Below are positions 13,601 to 25,429 of a stretch of DNA of 64,000 bases, piece after piece. The stretch comes from Vicugna vicugna (taxonomy: Eukaryota), in contig MU063541.1 of the NCBI GenBank assembly GCA_013265495.1, positions 1,130,593 through 1,194,592 on the forward strand. Direction: 5' to 3'. How positions within the stretch are numbered: the stretch's first letter is position 1; every line of letters begins with the position of its first letter. The notes below the pieces were generated by a model that searched no databases, was not told the DNA's origin, and saw only the letters and a list, made by a program, of their open reading frames with translations. The translations under genes were made by a program, and so were the position numbers.

Positions 13601-16129
13601 AATTGAACCTGAGCAGTGGCAATAGCAGAGGAGCTGGGGGGAGTGGTGGGGGCTCTTCCTGGGTTTCAGAGGCTCCTGGCTGTGATCACCCCTCCCACCG
13701 CAGCAGCGGGGGTGTCACAAGCCCCACTCCTATTGACCATCACCAACTCACTCACTTTCTCTGGTCACTGGGTTCTCTTGGGGCTGCAGGGCTCCCAGGC
13801 CACAATAGGAGACAGCAGGTCCACAGGCACTGTCATCAGACTTTCTCAAGTCACAGGCCATGTGCCCAAAGTCACCCATGAGGTGGAGCAAATCTAGGAC
13901 TCCACCCAGGTCTACTCTCCAGCTAGTGCTCTGTCTCCACTCCAGGCCTCTTGTCTCCCTAGGAAGCCCCGGTACCCCAGAGCTACATCCTCCCCACCCT
14001 CTCCTGCCCTGCCCACCCCTCAACTCCCATGATTCCCTGGGTCAGCCCCACCACATTCTCCCAGCAAGGGGAGAAGGGCTTACTTGCTTGCTTTCTGGTA
14101 CAATGGCGCATGCACGCCGTGGATTCCCTGGGCACCCACCCACCGCTGAAATGCCCACACTGGGCTGCTTTGCCCTGACTTGCAGGGTCCTTCCTCCCAG
14201 AACTAAGACTGGGGATCAGAATGTCTGCCACTTGTGGCGGTTTATTTGTATCTTCTTTCTTTCCTTCTGCGAATTTTCATTATGTCCTTACTGCACGTGA
14301 AGCCCTGAGCAGGATGCAGGGATGAGCGGGGATTGACAGCGCAGCAGCTGCCCTCGTGGCCCAATGGAGATGTGAACAAGTGAACTCCAACACAATGGGA
14401 GGGCCCTTACCTGCAGCTGGAGAGACAGGGGGCTTCCTGGCTGAAATACCCTCTAAGTCGAGGCCTCAAAGCTGAAGAGGAGTTTTTTCCCAAGATGAAT
14501 GCAATAGCTGGGAAGCAAGAAAAAGCCAGGTGTCATCTTGGGCAAAGCTGGTCTCAGTTTCTTCATGTCTAGAACAGACTCCCAACTCTGTTTGCCTCTG
14601 AGGATTCTGGAGAGGAGTGGCTAAGGATGTACTCTGTGAGATGGAAAATTCTGTTCCACTGATTATTGTTGTTAACGGAGGGCATTTGTTCCCCAGCCTA
14701 GACAAGGGGACAGAGTCCGTGGGAGGGGTGGGTCAGTGGTCAGGGTTGGGGGAGGCTGGAGGTGTGGGGAAGTGGAACCCAGGGCTTGCTCTGCAGAGCC
14801 CTTGTGGCTATTTGGGACTGGGATCCAGCAACCATGGGTAGGGTTAGGGGAAGGGCCTCTGCCATCTGGCTGGGAGCTGTGGGGGGTGGGGGCAGCCCTG
14901 GAGTTGGTGGCTGCTGGCTGGGCTAAGCCTGGCTCCTATGGTCAGTGTCCAGCTTCCACATGGCCTGTACTTTCTGGGCCTTGGGCACCCCAGTCCATGG
15001 GGGTCAAGGTGAGACTCGAGGGGGTCTAGTCCCATTTCTGCACCTCTCAGGCAATCAATACCTGCTCTGCCCTCCCTGCCTTCAGCAGGCTTGATGCCAG
15101 AAGTGTCATTCTGGATCTGACCAGCAGGCCAAGAGAGCCCACAGAGCACCCCTCACCCATGAGGACTCTGGAGGAGACCTAACCCCGGGCAGGGTTTGTG
15201 CTCCCCTCACCAGTGGCCCCAACCACTGGGCTTCCTGCCCCCTGGGCCCTCCAAAGCTCATGCCTGTGGCCCCCATGCCCTTCCTGGCACAGCTGGCCTC
15301 CTGGTCAGCAGCTGCAGGGGTGAGTCACAGCTCTCATTAGAGCTTAATTAATCAATTGAGTTAATCAGACAGCTGAGGTGTGCTGTGGTTGCAGATGGGG
15401 GCTTAAAAGAGAAAGCCAGAGTGGGAAGGGCCAGGTCAGGTGAGCTAGGCTGGCAGGGCCAGGGTTGGCGGCGGAGTCTGGAGGGTTGCCCAGGGAGGAG
15501 GACACTAGCCAAGTCCGCACCTGAGGCCCCAGGAAAGGAGGATGAATGGGCTCAGCCAAGGCCCAGGATGGGCCCCCTGAAAGGTGCCCTTTGCTGGGTG
15601 CCAGAGACAGCTCCCGAGAAAGGAGAAAGCAGGACCTCTTCCACCCCAGCTTCCTCTCTCATTTTTTATCTTGTCACGTGTGTCTCTGAGAGCTATCTGA
15701 AATCCTTATTTGAATGGAGTGGGGAAAGGAAAGAAAGGAAAAAAAAAGACAAAGAAAAGGTAGATCCTCACATTCCCAGGGATCCCAGCCCTATGGGGAA
15801 GGCAAATGTCTCCTGGGAACACAGACAGAGATCTTGACTCAGAGATAGAGAGACACGTCTCTACAGTCAAGCGGCTCAGGCTCTGGACATCTGCACTAGA
15901 GGGAGTGGGGGGGTCAGAAGGATCAGAGCCAAGGGCGGGCCAGAGTCCAGGAAGAATATTGGGAGGAGGGGAGCATGTGAGCAGAGTTTCCACTGTGATT
16001 TGCAAAATGTTGTTTTATCTGTTTTATTCTCACATCTGACCTTGGTTATTACCTTGGGGGCTGGGAGAGGTGGGCAAGATGGGAAGTGTGATGGGAAATG
16101 GATTCAGAGAGGAGGAATCGCAGATACCC

Positions 16130-16470
16130 CCAGTAGGCCCTGCCTTCCAGGAGCTTACAGTTTCCACAGGGCAACAAGCTAAGTGCCATCTCTAGTGACC
16201 CAGAGTCTGAGGCTGTGAGAGATAAGGGTCTAGGGTGTGGTACACGCAAGGGACTATGGGAAACGGACTAGAGGAAGGCAGGCATTTCTGAGGCTGAGAA
16301 AGGCTTCACAGAAGAGGTGGCATGTGAGCCAGGTTCTGCAGGCCTTGAGATACCTCTGAGTAGGAGGGGACGTGGAGAGGAAAGATGTTCCAGGAGAAAA
16401 CCGCCTGGGTGAAGGCAGGGAGGGTGGGCTGTATACGGCAGGTTAGTTGGCCCCATAAGCTGGGCTGGAA
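16130..16470 (-). mobile_element. L2 fragment
   Basis: ccctgccttccaggagcttacagttt...ggcttcacagaagaggtggcatgtgagc. Confidence 0.55.
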
Positions 16471-16683
16471 ACAAGGTTCCTGTCTGTCAGAAAGAGAGGG
16501 CTTCATGGTGGGAGGGCTCTTTAAATTTCACACCCATGTGTCTATAGCCGAATTTGGTAGGCAAGGGGAGTCACTGCAAGTCTCTAACTGGTAGGAATGG
16601 GTTTACAGCAGTTTTAGAAAGAGGATGTCTGTGGATTTGCTCTGTGCAGGATGATACCAAGATAGAAGAGACCTGAAACAGGA

Positions 16684-16782
16684 AGAGAGAGAGAGAGTGT
16701 GTGTGTGTACACTTGTGTATGTGTGTATATGTGGTTATGCATATATATATGTGTGTGTGTGTATATGTGAGGGTGTGTGTGT
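16684..16782. repeat. Compound (AG)n/(TG)n/(TA)n microsatellite
   Basis: Read directly from the sequence. Confidence 0.9.
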
Positions 16783-16787
16783 CTAGA

Positions 16788-16975
16788 GCAGTAGTGCTCA
16801 CTCTTTCAGGAGTCACAGATCCATCTAAACCTTGACAAAAGCTTAGACCCTTAGTTTAGAAAAATGCACAGTCTCAAGGTTTAGCCTTCAATGATGGGGA
16901 TAGGAGGTGTGTTCACAGATCTCCTGAAACCCATTTGCTGGACCTTCTAGGGTTTAGATCTCCTAAAACCCCAGC
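16788..16975. mobile_element. hAT-Charlie-type MITE fragment
   Basis: Starts cagtagtgctcactc and contains gaaaaatgcac and gggtgtgttcacagatctcctgaaaccc-like phrases seen in short Charlie MITEs. Confidence 0.4.
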
Positions 16976-17878
16976 TCTCCCCTTTAGTTGCAGAGTCTGC
17001 AGGCTATAACTGAAGGCTCACCATGGCCCTCAGGCCCCAGCAGACGAGCTGGGGGCGCTAGGTCCTAGGCAGCTAGAGCCTCTCCCCACAGCCTTCCCCT
17101 GGCAGGACAGCTCTGCAGCCAGGACAGGGAGGACCAGTGGGTAATAGGGGCTGAGGCCACTTGGACACAGGACCTGCCAGCCCGGGTGTGAGAGTTCCAA
17201 GCTGCCAGGCCCCCTTCCCTGGCTTCCAGCATAAGCAGAAAATGTCAAGCTAGACCCAGGAGGGCTGCCTCCCTGCCAGCACTGAGTGTCCTTCATGAAA
17301 TTGCCCTGAAACAGTCCTGTTCTCTCCTTCCCACGAATCCTAGTGCTCAGAGCTGCTGAGAAACGGGACCCAGGTGTCCCGGCCCCAAAGCAGGGAGCTC
17401 CAGCTAAGCCGTTTCTGGGTGTGCTGTGTGGTTCCTGGGCAATCACACCTTTCCTGAGCCTCTGCTCCTGCCCTCTTCCTGCAGCAAAATCTCGCCTCCC
17501 CTGGAAGTAGGGTGGCCCCTGCAGACCCGGACAACATGCCCAGCAAAAGCCACCTAGGATGGGCGGCCTTGGGAGGGGCTCCCCTACCCTCCCTTCTAAC
17601 TTTCTCTTTTCCTTGCACATGCTCATGGCTTCCCAAGCATACATTCTTTGTGCGGGAAATATTTTACCCTTGCTGAAACAGTGTAGATCATGATCATCCC
17701 TGTTTGATTGACAGTGGAGCTCAGACAGGGGCCTTGCCTCAGATCCCACAGCCGGAAAGCAGAAGCACAAGGAATGAAAAGTTTCCAAGCCCAGCTGGCA
17801 GGCTCTTCCCTCTACACTAGGCTGCTCCAAGGGCCGGGGAATGTCAGAAATGGGAGCTCGGTGTCCACCCCAACCCCA

Positions 17879-17955
17879 GGTCCTGCCCAGGGGATTGAAC
17901 CCAGGACCTTGTGCAAGCTAAGCATGCACTCTACCACTGAGCTACACCACACACC
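17879..17955 (-). mobile_element. tRNA-Ala-like SINE head / tRNA pseudogene without tail
   Basis: Minus strand GTGTAGCTCAGTGGTAGAGTGCATGCTTAGCTTGCACAAGGTCCTGGGTTCAATCCCC has A and B boxes; acceptor stem not paired; no A-rich tail. Confidence 0.75.
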
Positions 17956-19091
17956 TTTGCACATTTTTAATGTGGCTACTAAAACATTTCAAAGCTCATA
18001 TGTGGCTTGCATTATATTTCTGTTGGACAGAGCTGCTCTTGATAGCATTGGCCCCTCACCCCTGTACACTGTGTTGTATAATCTCATTAACAACTCTGTG
18101 AGATGAGACAAGTGGGGTGACCTGTTCCATTTGACTGATAAGGAAGGTGGGACTCTGTGTGGTCAAATGACTCCGTCAAGGTTATACAGCCAGGAAGGGT
18201 GGAGGCTAGATACAAAGGGGTGGAGGTTTTTCTGACTGAGACCCACTTTCCAAGACAATCCAGAGAGATGCGTCTCTCTCCAAGTTGGCTTTGACCTGCC
18301 CTGGACCACTCAGTCCTCCCAGCCCCCGCTGAAGACACTCCCCTCCACCCCCACACTCTGGGAAGCTCCTGCTAGAAACACCCCTCTGAAAGCCCCATTA
18401 AAACTAAGGGCTCTTGGTCCTCCATTGAAGCCAGAGTCTGATCTCACATTAGACGCTGGCCTATGATTCCTGCATCAAAGCTGGTGCCTTTGCCCTGTCG
18501 TTGCTGGCATGCTCATTTGTACCTGCCGCCATTCACATAAGTGCCCCAGAGCAAAAGAAGCTCTGGCCACGCTTGCTGGGACACACCCACTGTCCCTCCC
18601 ACTGGTGATCATCCCTGCGCCCTCCCCACCTGTGTTCTACCCCTTTAGCCGCCTCCTTGGAGATGAACATATTCAATGAGGCTAAGGGACTGTTTCTTTA
18701 ATTTTCCCCCTTGTCCGTCCCTGGAACGTGATAAAAATACCCAGCATTGATCTTTTTTTCTTCCCCTTCTGCCGGGGATAGTGTTTACCGAGGTGTCAAT
18801 CAGGAGAAGAATTTGGCTTCCTAATTTCTCTTCTCGTCCCTGGGGGCCATGCATCTCCCCGCCTCACATGGACACTGAGCTGGAATCAAGGTTACTAATA
18901 ATCCCCCAGCACACACAGACACCGAGAGCACATATATTAAAGTCATATATTGATTTATATTTTCGGGTCCCTCTGCCTTTCTGCCCAGCCTCAGCCTTTC
19001 TCTCTGCCAAGGAGAAAAAAGAATTACACAGCTATATTTATCACCAAGATGTTTAGTGTAAAGAGCATTGTGTCCGAAAGTAATTCCCATC

Positions 19092-19441
19092 TCAGCCCTC
19101 TTTGGGGGTATTTTTTTTTTTTTTAAAATAGTGTAGTCTCGCCCATCCATAAGCGTTTATCTTTTATTGTCCATTCTTTAACTTTTCCCTGAAGGAAGAA
19201 GTGAGACATTTAAGGTAGACTGTCAGATGGACTTCCTGATTTGACAAACAGTGGCTGTCATCCCCAAGATCAGCCCTCTTTGGGGGTATTTTTTTTTTAA
19301 ATAGTGTAGTCTCGCCCATCCATAAGCGTTTATCTTTTATTGTCCATTCTTTAACTTTTCCCTGAAGGAAGAAGTGAGACATTTAAGGTAGACTGTCAGA
19401 TGGACTTCCTGATTTGACAAACGGTGGCTGTCATCCCCAAG
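19092..19441. repeat. Tandem duplication: 19092-19268 (177 bp) and 19270-19441 (172 bp)
   Basis: Copies differ only in the T/A run (T14A4 vs T10A3) and one A/G change (19250/19423); a single A spacer at 19269. Confidence 0.96.
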
Positions 19442-20879
19442 GAGCCTGGTGGAGTTGTCTTGCCTGTGGAGATAATAATCCTGTTGCAGGTGTGGGAAGG
19501 AGGGGTGGGTAGGAGGTGTGTGGAAGGTGAGGCAATGGATTCAGTAACTTCTAGAGGTCACCTACCAGTCCAAATGGCACCTCGTCATTAGTGACTCACC
19601 ACCTATGGTCCCATTTCACAGTTGGGAAAATCAAGAAGGTGAGGAGTTAGTTTACTTTCCACTGGGGTTTCAGCCTTTGCTTCCATTTGGACCCTAAGTT
19701 TGATGGGGGAAAAAAAACATTCCTCCAGGCATAAGTGACTCCTGCCCTGAGGAGTCCAGGCGAGAGCACAGGTCTCTGGGTGGGGGGAGGTGGAACTGGG
19801 AAGGAGGACAGCCTGGAGATTCTCATTCTTTAAGGTGAGATAGAGGAAAGGAAGTGCTCTCAGAGCACTAAGCCTCCCCCCACACCTCTCCTCCCACCCA
19901 GAACACTTGTCACTCTGTTTGGCAGGGCAGCCATTTAAAAATGTCAAACTATTTGACTCCAGTTCCCTCAAGGGAGCTCTTGGAATGGAAGCAATGCTGA
20001 ACATGGGGACTCACACACAGACTCAGCACCATTTTCTTCATGCTCGTTGGAGAGTTTCCTTCCTTCACCCATCCATCATCTCTTTTATTTTTCACGAAAG
20101 CTCTGGGAGGGAGAGGGTGTCAGCCTCATTTTACACGTGGGGAAACTGAGGTTAAATAACATGCCCAGGGTCATACAGCAGGGAAAAGGAAGCCTCGACA
20201 ACAACTCAACTTCCCAATTCCTCTGCAGAGCTCACCTCCATGCCCCTACCATGGGCACAGCCTCCTGGTACTCAGCCTTTGGTGACCTTCAGATCTCTCC
20301 AGTCGGCTTTGCTGGCCTAGCTTTAGGGTCCTGGGTGTCTCGGCTCACCTCCAGGCCCAACTAGCTCTTCATCCTTGGTACTGGACAAGCAGTTCCTCTT
20401 CAGAATGTGCCCAGATGCACCTGGGCTAGGGGTCAAAACCTTCCCTGATGGAGCCTGACCTCGGTCCCCTCGCCTGCCCAGCTTCTGCCAGGGACTCAGG
20501 GGGGTTGGCTGCCCCCTGAGTGCCCTTTGGTATTTTCCAGAAGCTAGGTTGAGGTGTTTACAACCCAGTGTCCTTCACTTCATTCTGGAAACTATTTTAC
20601 CCCCTAGCAGGGCAGAGAAGTAGAGCCATGATATGCCAGCCAGGGCACATTTATGGTGTTGACCAGCACAATAACCCTGCAAGGGGAAGTTTGAACCGCA
20701 TGATGGGGAAACCCAGGCTCAGGGAGCAAAAGTAACATCTCCTAGGTCACCCAGAGGGTGAGAGGGGTTACTAGGGTTGAGTCAAGTCCGTGCGACCCAA
20801 AGTCCTTGCTTTGGAGCTCCCTCTTTATCTCACTGCCCCTCCCAGGCTGTCCCCATTAGACAGGCTGGGTGAGGGCAGG

Positions 20880-21420
20880 GGCCAGACAGCACAGGGCGCA
20901 GCGGGAATCAGCAACGAGGATGCTCTAGGGGAACTTCTCCCATTGAAAATCTGTTCCCCTCGCGGCCACGGGTGATGTATGGCTGGAGCTGATGAGAAAC
21001 GTGCAGCGGAAAAGAGGGGGGCGGCGCGGGCGGGGGCAGCGCGGCATTGAGATTCCGCGGGGCGCAGGGGGGCGGCGCAGGCCCTNNNNNNNNNNNNNNN
21101 NNNNNNNNNNNNNNNNNNNNNNNNNNNNNNNNNNNNNNNNNNNNNNNNNNNNNNNNNNNNNNNNNNNNNNNNNNNNNNNNNNNNNNNNNNNNNNNNNNNN
21201 NNNNNNNNNNNNNNNNNCGCGCCCGGGTCCCCGCGGTCCGATCGATGGCGCCGAGCCTGTGGGCTGCCCAGCGCGGCGCGCCGGGCTGGGGGCACCGTGG
21301 ACGAGGGCGGGCCTGGCGCCCTCTTCCGGATCGCTGAGCACCGGGCGCCCGGCCCGTGAAGGCGGTGCTTTCAGCTCGGAGCCGTGGCTTGATCTCAGCC
21401 CCGCAGAGCAGAGGAGGGCG
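20880..21420. promoter_or_regulatory. Orphan CpG island interrupted by an assembly gap
   Basis: Very GC/CpG-rich sequence on both sides of the N run; no recognisable coding exon. Confidence 0.65.
21086..21217. other. Assembly gap (132 N)
   Basis: N run inside a CpG island. Confidence 0.99.
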
Positions 21421-23699
21421 CCCGCTTTTTTTTTTTTGCCAAATGGGGGACACATACAGAGCCAACCTTGACACTCCCACTCCGTATGGACGTCCAATCC
21501 TGTGTGCTCCGGCAGGGATCGCAGAGAAGGAGGGGCCCCAAGGCACTGACCCTCTCTCCCAATGCACCCACTACTTTGATGATGGCCTTGCTAGTCACCA
21601 GCATTCACTCAGCATCTTTCCTGAGCATCGCTGGGTGCCTGGTGCACTAGGCAAAGAGTCTATCTCCTCTCCAGCGTCTGCCCTGCTGTCTACCCTTGGG
21701 TTGGCCAAATAGCCAAGAGGGTGAATCCACCCAAGGCACAACCTCTGGTGGGGCCTGAAGGAGAGGGTCTGGAATGGGGAGGAGCAGCCAGATGCTGGGG
21801 AATTGGGGAGGGGGCCTGGGGAGGTGGCTACAGCCTGGAGCAGGGGAAAGGATCATTGGGCCACAGCTGCCTAATATTGGGGTTCAAGACAAACACAGCA
21901 ACAGTAGCCATCCAGTGGGTGGACTTAGTCCCTGGGGAAGTTTATGTCCATCAAGCATCTTTCACTACTTTGGGAGAGAGACCCCAGTGCTGGTAAAAGG
22001 AGCTAATCATTGGTGCTGGGAAGCAGGGAGACCTCAGGTTCTGCTGGGTAGGGCAGCCTAGGGGGTAGTTAAGACAGTTCTGGGAAAGATGTGAGGAGGG
22101 ATGGAGGTGGGGGTGGAGTTGATAAAGAGGCATCAAGTCAGCACAGAAGGTAGGAGTAGATCAAATGGATGGAAAGTGGGAGGAGGAGGGCTGGGGTCCT
22201 TTCATCTGAGTGAAAGCTTCTTGAGGGCCAGAGCTGGGAAGTAAGGCAGAGGGGCTGGGAAGGTAAGTGAGGAGGTCCTTGTCCCCTCCCACATTACTGT
22301 GTCCCACCTTCTGGGGTGGAAGGATGCTTCCAGACTTACCCCTTCACCAAGTGAGGCTGTTGCAGGTCCCCTCAGCTGCAGGCTGCAGCCCCTTTCCTCC
22401 CCTCCTCCCTTTTAAACCTCTTTTCCCTGGTCCCCAGGATCCCATTGGTCTGTGGCTGGGTGTGGAAGCACAGGTCCTAGCTGTGTGGGCCCCAGCTTCC
22501 AGGTACTCAGATGGTCCTGGGGGGCCCCCCTGGGCCATGGAGATCTGGATGCCATCCTCATTCCCAAACACAGGGCTCTGGGGGAGATTGGTCTCACCAT
22601 CCCTCTTCTGTCCCCCTCTACTCCAAGCAGATGCCCCACCTCCTGGGCCCTCCTCATCAGCCCTCAGTCCCCAGTTCTCTTTGTGGCTTGAGACAAGAGT
22701 CTCTTCACAGAGTAGCTGGATCCAGAGCTCCCTGTGAGGATGAGGACGACCCCCTACGCTGACCGCCCCCAGACGCCTCCCCATCTACCCCTGCTCTCCC
22801 ACTCTAGTCCCTCCCTGGGGCTGCAGCATTACCCACCTGAAGCCAGAGCCCCTTCCCACCTGTAAGCTGGGACGTACTCCCTCACATTCCCTCCCTCGCT
22901 CTCCCTGGGCGCTGAGCTGTGGAGCAGAATGATTTCCTGTAATTGGCCAGCAATCCGGCTGCCCGACTTGTTCTATCGACATGCTGGTTAGCTGGAAATT
23001 GTATTGGAATCTGAGCGACAGGGAGGGGAGGAGAGGGAGCAAAGGAAAGAGGCTCTTTGGGCCCCAGCTGGGTGCAGCCTCAGCTCTTCTGGTGGCACAG
23101 AGGAGCCACCGGCCACATCTCCCCTCCAGGGGAAGGAGAAGGAGAGCAGCCCACAGCGCGTCACCACCTCCTTTGTCTTGCTCCTCTCTCACCATCTCTG
23201 GGGCCTCCCCTGCCCACCCCATGTGGCCCTGTGGCCTCAGGTCATTACTGCCACCCCATTTCCTCCCCTAGGATTGGTTCCTTCTGACCTGGAGTACCTT
23301 TGTGAGGACGAGGGGCGCCCAGCAGCCCTGACTGTCCCCCTCCCATCCAATTTCTAGCCATGGTGGTTCATTAGGGAGTGTCACAAACCTTCCCATGCTC
23401 CTCCCTTCACCCTCCCCAAGGACAGAGAGAGACTGAACATCTGAGAAAGAGTTGACAGTAACTCCTAGATAAAGACCCAAGTAGTCCTTAATGGGGGCAG
23501 TGCAGGTAGTGGGAGGGGCATTGTGCTGGGAGTCCAGAGCCCGGTGATTACACCTGTTGGTTACTTGGGCCTCTGTGTCTCAACCTCTGAGCCTCTAAAA
23601 TTCTTGCCTGGCCTCCTGCCTTCCTTCTTAGCGTTCAAGGAGGTTAACTGCGGAAATGCGCTTTGCAAACTGCTCTGCTAATTAGCCTCGGGCCAGCCT

Positions 23700-24330
23700 G
23701 GGCCTGGGGATAGAGGTGGTTTTAGGGGCCAGCCTGTCCCCTTCCTCCCTCACCCAAGGCCGGTGCGCCTGCAGCCCTCGCCGGCCTCTTTATTGCTCCG
23801 CTCCCGGGTGGTGAGGCCCAAAGTGAGGGGGATGGAGCGCAGGGCCTGAGCGCGCGGCTGGAGGGTGAGACGCCTGGGTCGCATGCCAGGCCCCCTCGCA
23901 CGGGGTGGAATGGGGACACATACCTCCGCCCCGCGGCGCCCGGGTTGCGGGGGGCTCGCAGCTCCAGCAAAGAGGACGCGGCGAGCTTGTTATTTAGCGT
24001 CCGGGGCTGGACAGCGTCCCTGCGTCGCCGCCGCTGCCCCTGGGCGGGGCATCTGACGCGGTCCGCAGCCCCGGAGGAGAGGCGGGAACCGCACCGAGAG
24101 AAAAGTTAGTAACCGCTCGGCAAGCGTCCGCCGTCGAGGCCCGACCCCAACCCGGGTGGGTGCTGCCACCTGCCGGCCGGAGGGGAAGCCGCCAGCCCGG
24201 GTTCGGGGCTGGGGCTCCCGGTGGTCCGGCTCCTGCTCTTTCCTCCAGAGCAACCTAGACGTGAAGTCACGCCCCGGGGAAAGTAGGTCTCCTTGTAAGG
24301 CCGCCTTGGGCCACCAAGTGTGGGAAAGGG
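23700..24330. promoter_or_regulatory. Orphan CpG island just 3' of DCAKD
   Basis: CpG-dense; contains a consensus CTCF core. Confidence 0.7.
24163..24176 (-). promoter_or_regulatory. CTCF core motif
   Basis: Minus strand CCGGCAGGTGGCAG matches CCRSYAGRKGGCRS at all 14 positions. Confidence 0.6.
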
Positions 24331-25429
24331 AGGCCGTGGGGAGGCAGGCAAGAGGAAGGGGAGTAGGAGCTGTAGCGGGACCAGGGCAGAGGAGGACAGA
24401 TGCTGTTTTCTCCACACCCTCCAGGCCGGCGGTCCTCTGACATTCTTGCATCACTCAGCAGACTGGGTCAGGGAAGAAAATAATTCTTTTCAACTTCACA
24501 CTTTGCGAAGGATTTTTGCCATCCTCCATTTATTAAGTTCTTTGATGTAAGCATCATGAAGCCTACTTGAAGGAATAAACCAAAGGCAGGTCACATAAGT
24601 AGGAGACATAGCCCAGTGGACCAGAGCGATCCCAGGTCTGCTCCTCCTGGGGAGGCCCAGGGGCACAGCGGGCAGAGTTCTGAAGCCTGACTCTAACTGG
24701 AATCAAATCTCTCTCATTGGGCCTGGAATCAGCAATAATCAATGTTATGTTACCTCTGGGGTGTCACACATCCAGCAGTGTCCAGCATGTTACATACAGG
24801 CTTTCACAGTCATGTTCTCAGTGACTAGGGCACTGGGAGGGGTCCAAATCTTTCCTCCTTCTTACCAGTTCCCAACAAACTGGAGAAGCAGGTGCCTTCT
24901 GCCATTCTCATCCTGCCCTGGTCCTTCCCTACACACAGCCCGCCACCTCCTCAATCAGCCTTTGCCCCTCCTGGGTTTGCAGTGAGTTAATGAGCTGGTC
25001 TCTGAAGTATGAGCAGCTCTGGGAAAGGGGGCATTAAATATGGCCACCACAGCATTCTCATTTGTCACACTCACTTCTGGCCTTAATAGGCTGCTGGCCA
25101 CAGGATCAACTCATCAGCAGGTCTTCCGGCTCTGGCAATGGGAAGCTGATGTCTACACGGGTCTAATTGGGTTGGGGAAGGAAGATGGAGTACGTAGGTG
25201 TGATGCTGCCCCAGTACCTGCACCCACCCCTCATGTAGGTACAGCTGAACCTGACTGGAGTCCTCCTGGGGCCCCAGGAGAAGTCAGAGGGCAACTGTAC
25301 CTTCTAGGGCTGGGGAAGTGAGGGGCCCAGGTCTTATTGTGGGAGACCAAGAGTAACCCCAAATGGTATCAGCCAAGTCTGGGAAGCTCAGTCAATCTGC
25401 ATGTTAGGGGAACAGCAGCAGCCCAGGGC

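Noticed and set aside
17030-17830. Longest gap-free ORF in the track (266 aa, minus strand)
   Set aside because: No recognisable domain; composition typical of GC-rich non-coding frames; no supporting splice or promoter structure.
20989-21000. CTGATGAGAAAC resembling a hammerhead ribozyme core
   Set aside because: No stem II between CUGAUGA and GAAA, and no flanking stems I/III with a cleavage triplet.
20825-21567. Several 96-219 aa ORFs across the CpG island
   Set aside because: They run through the N gap, and GC-rich DNA lacks stop codons by chance.
1-25000. C1QL1 coding exons expected from synteny
   Set aside because: No collagen Gly-X-Y or C1q-domain sequence in any frame; the gene must lie outside the window.
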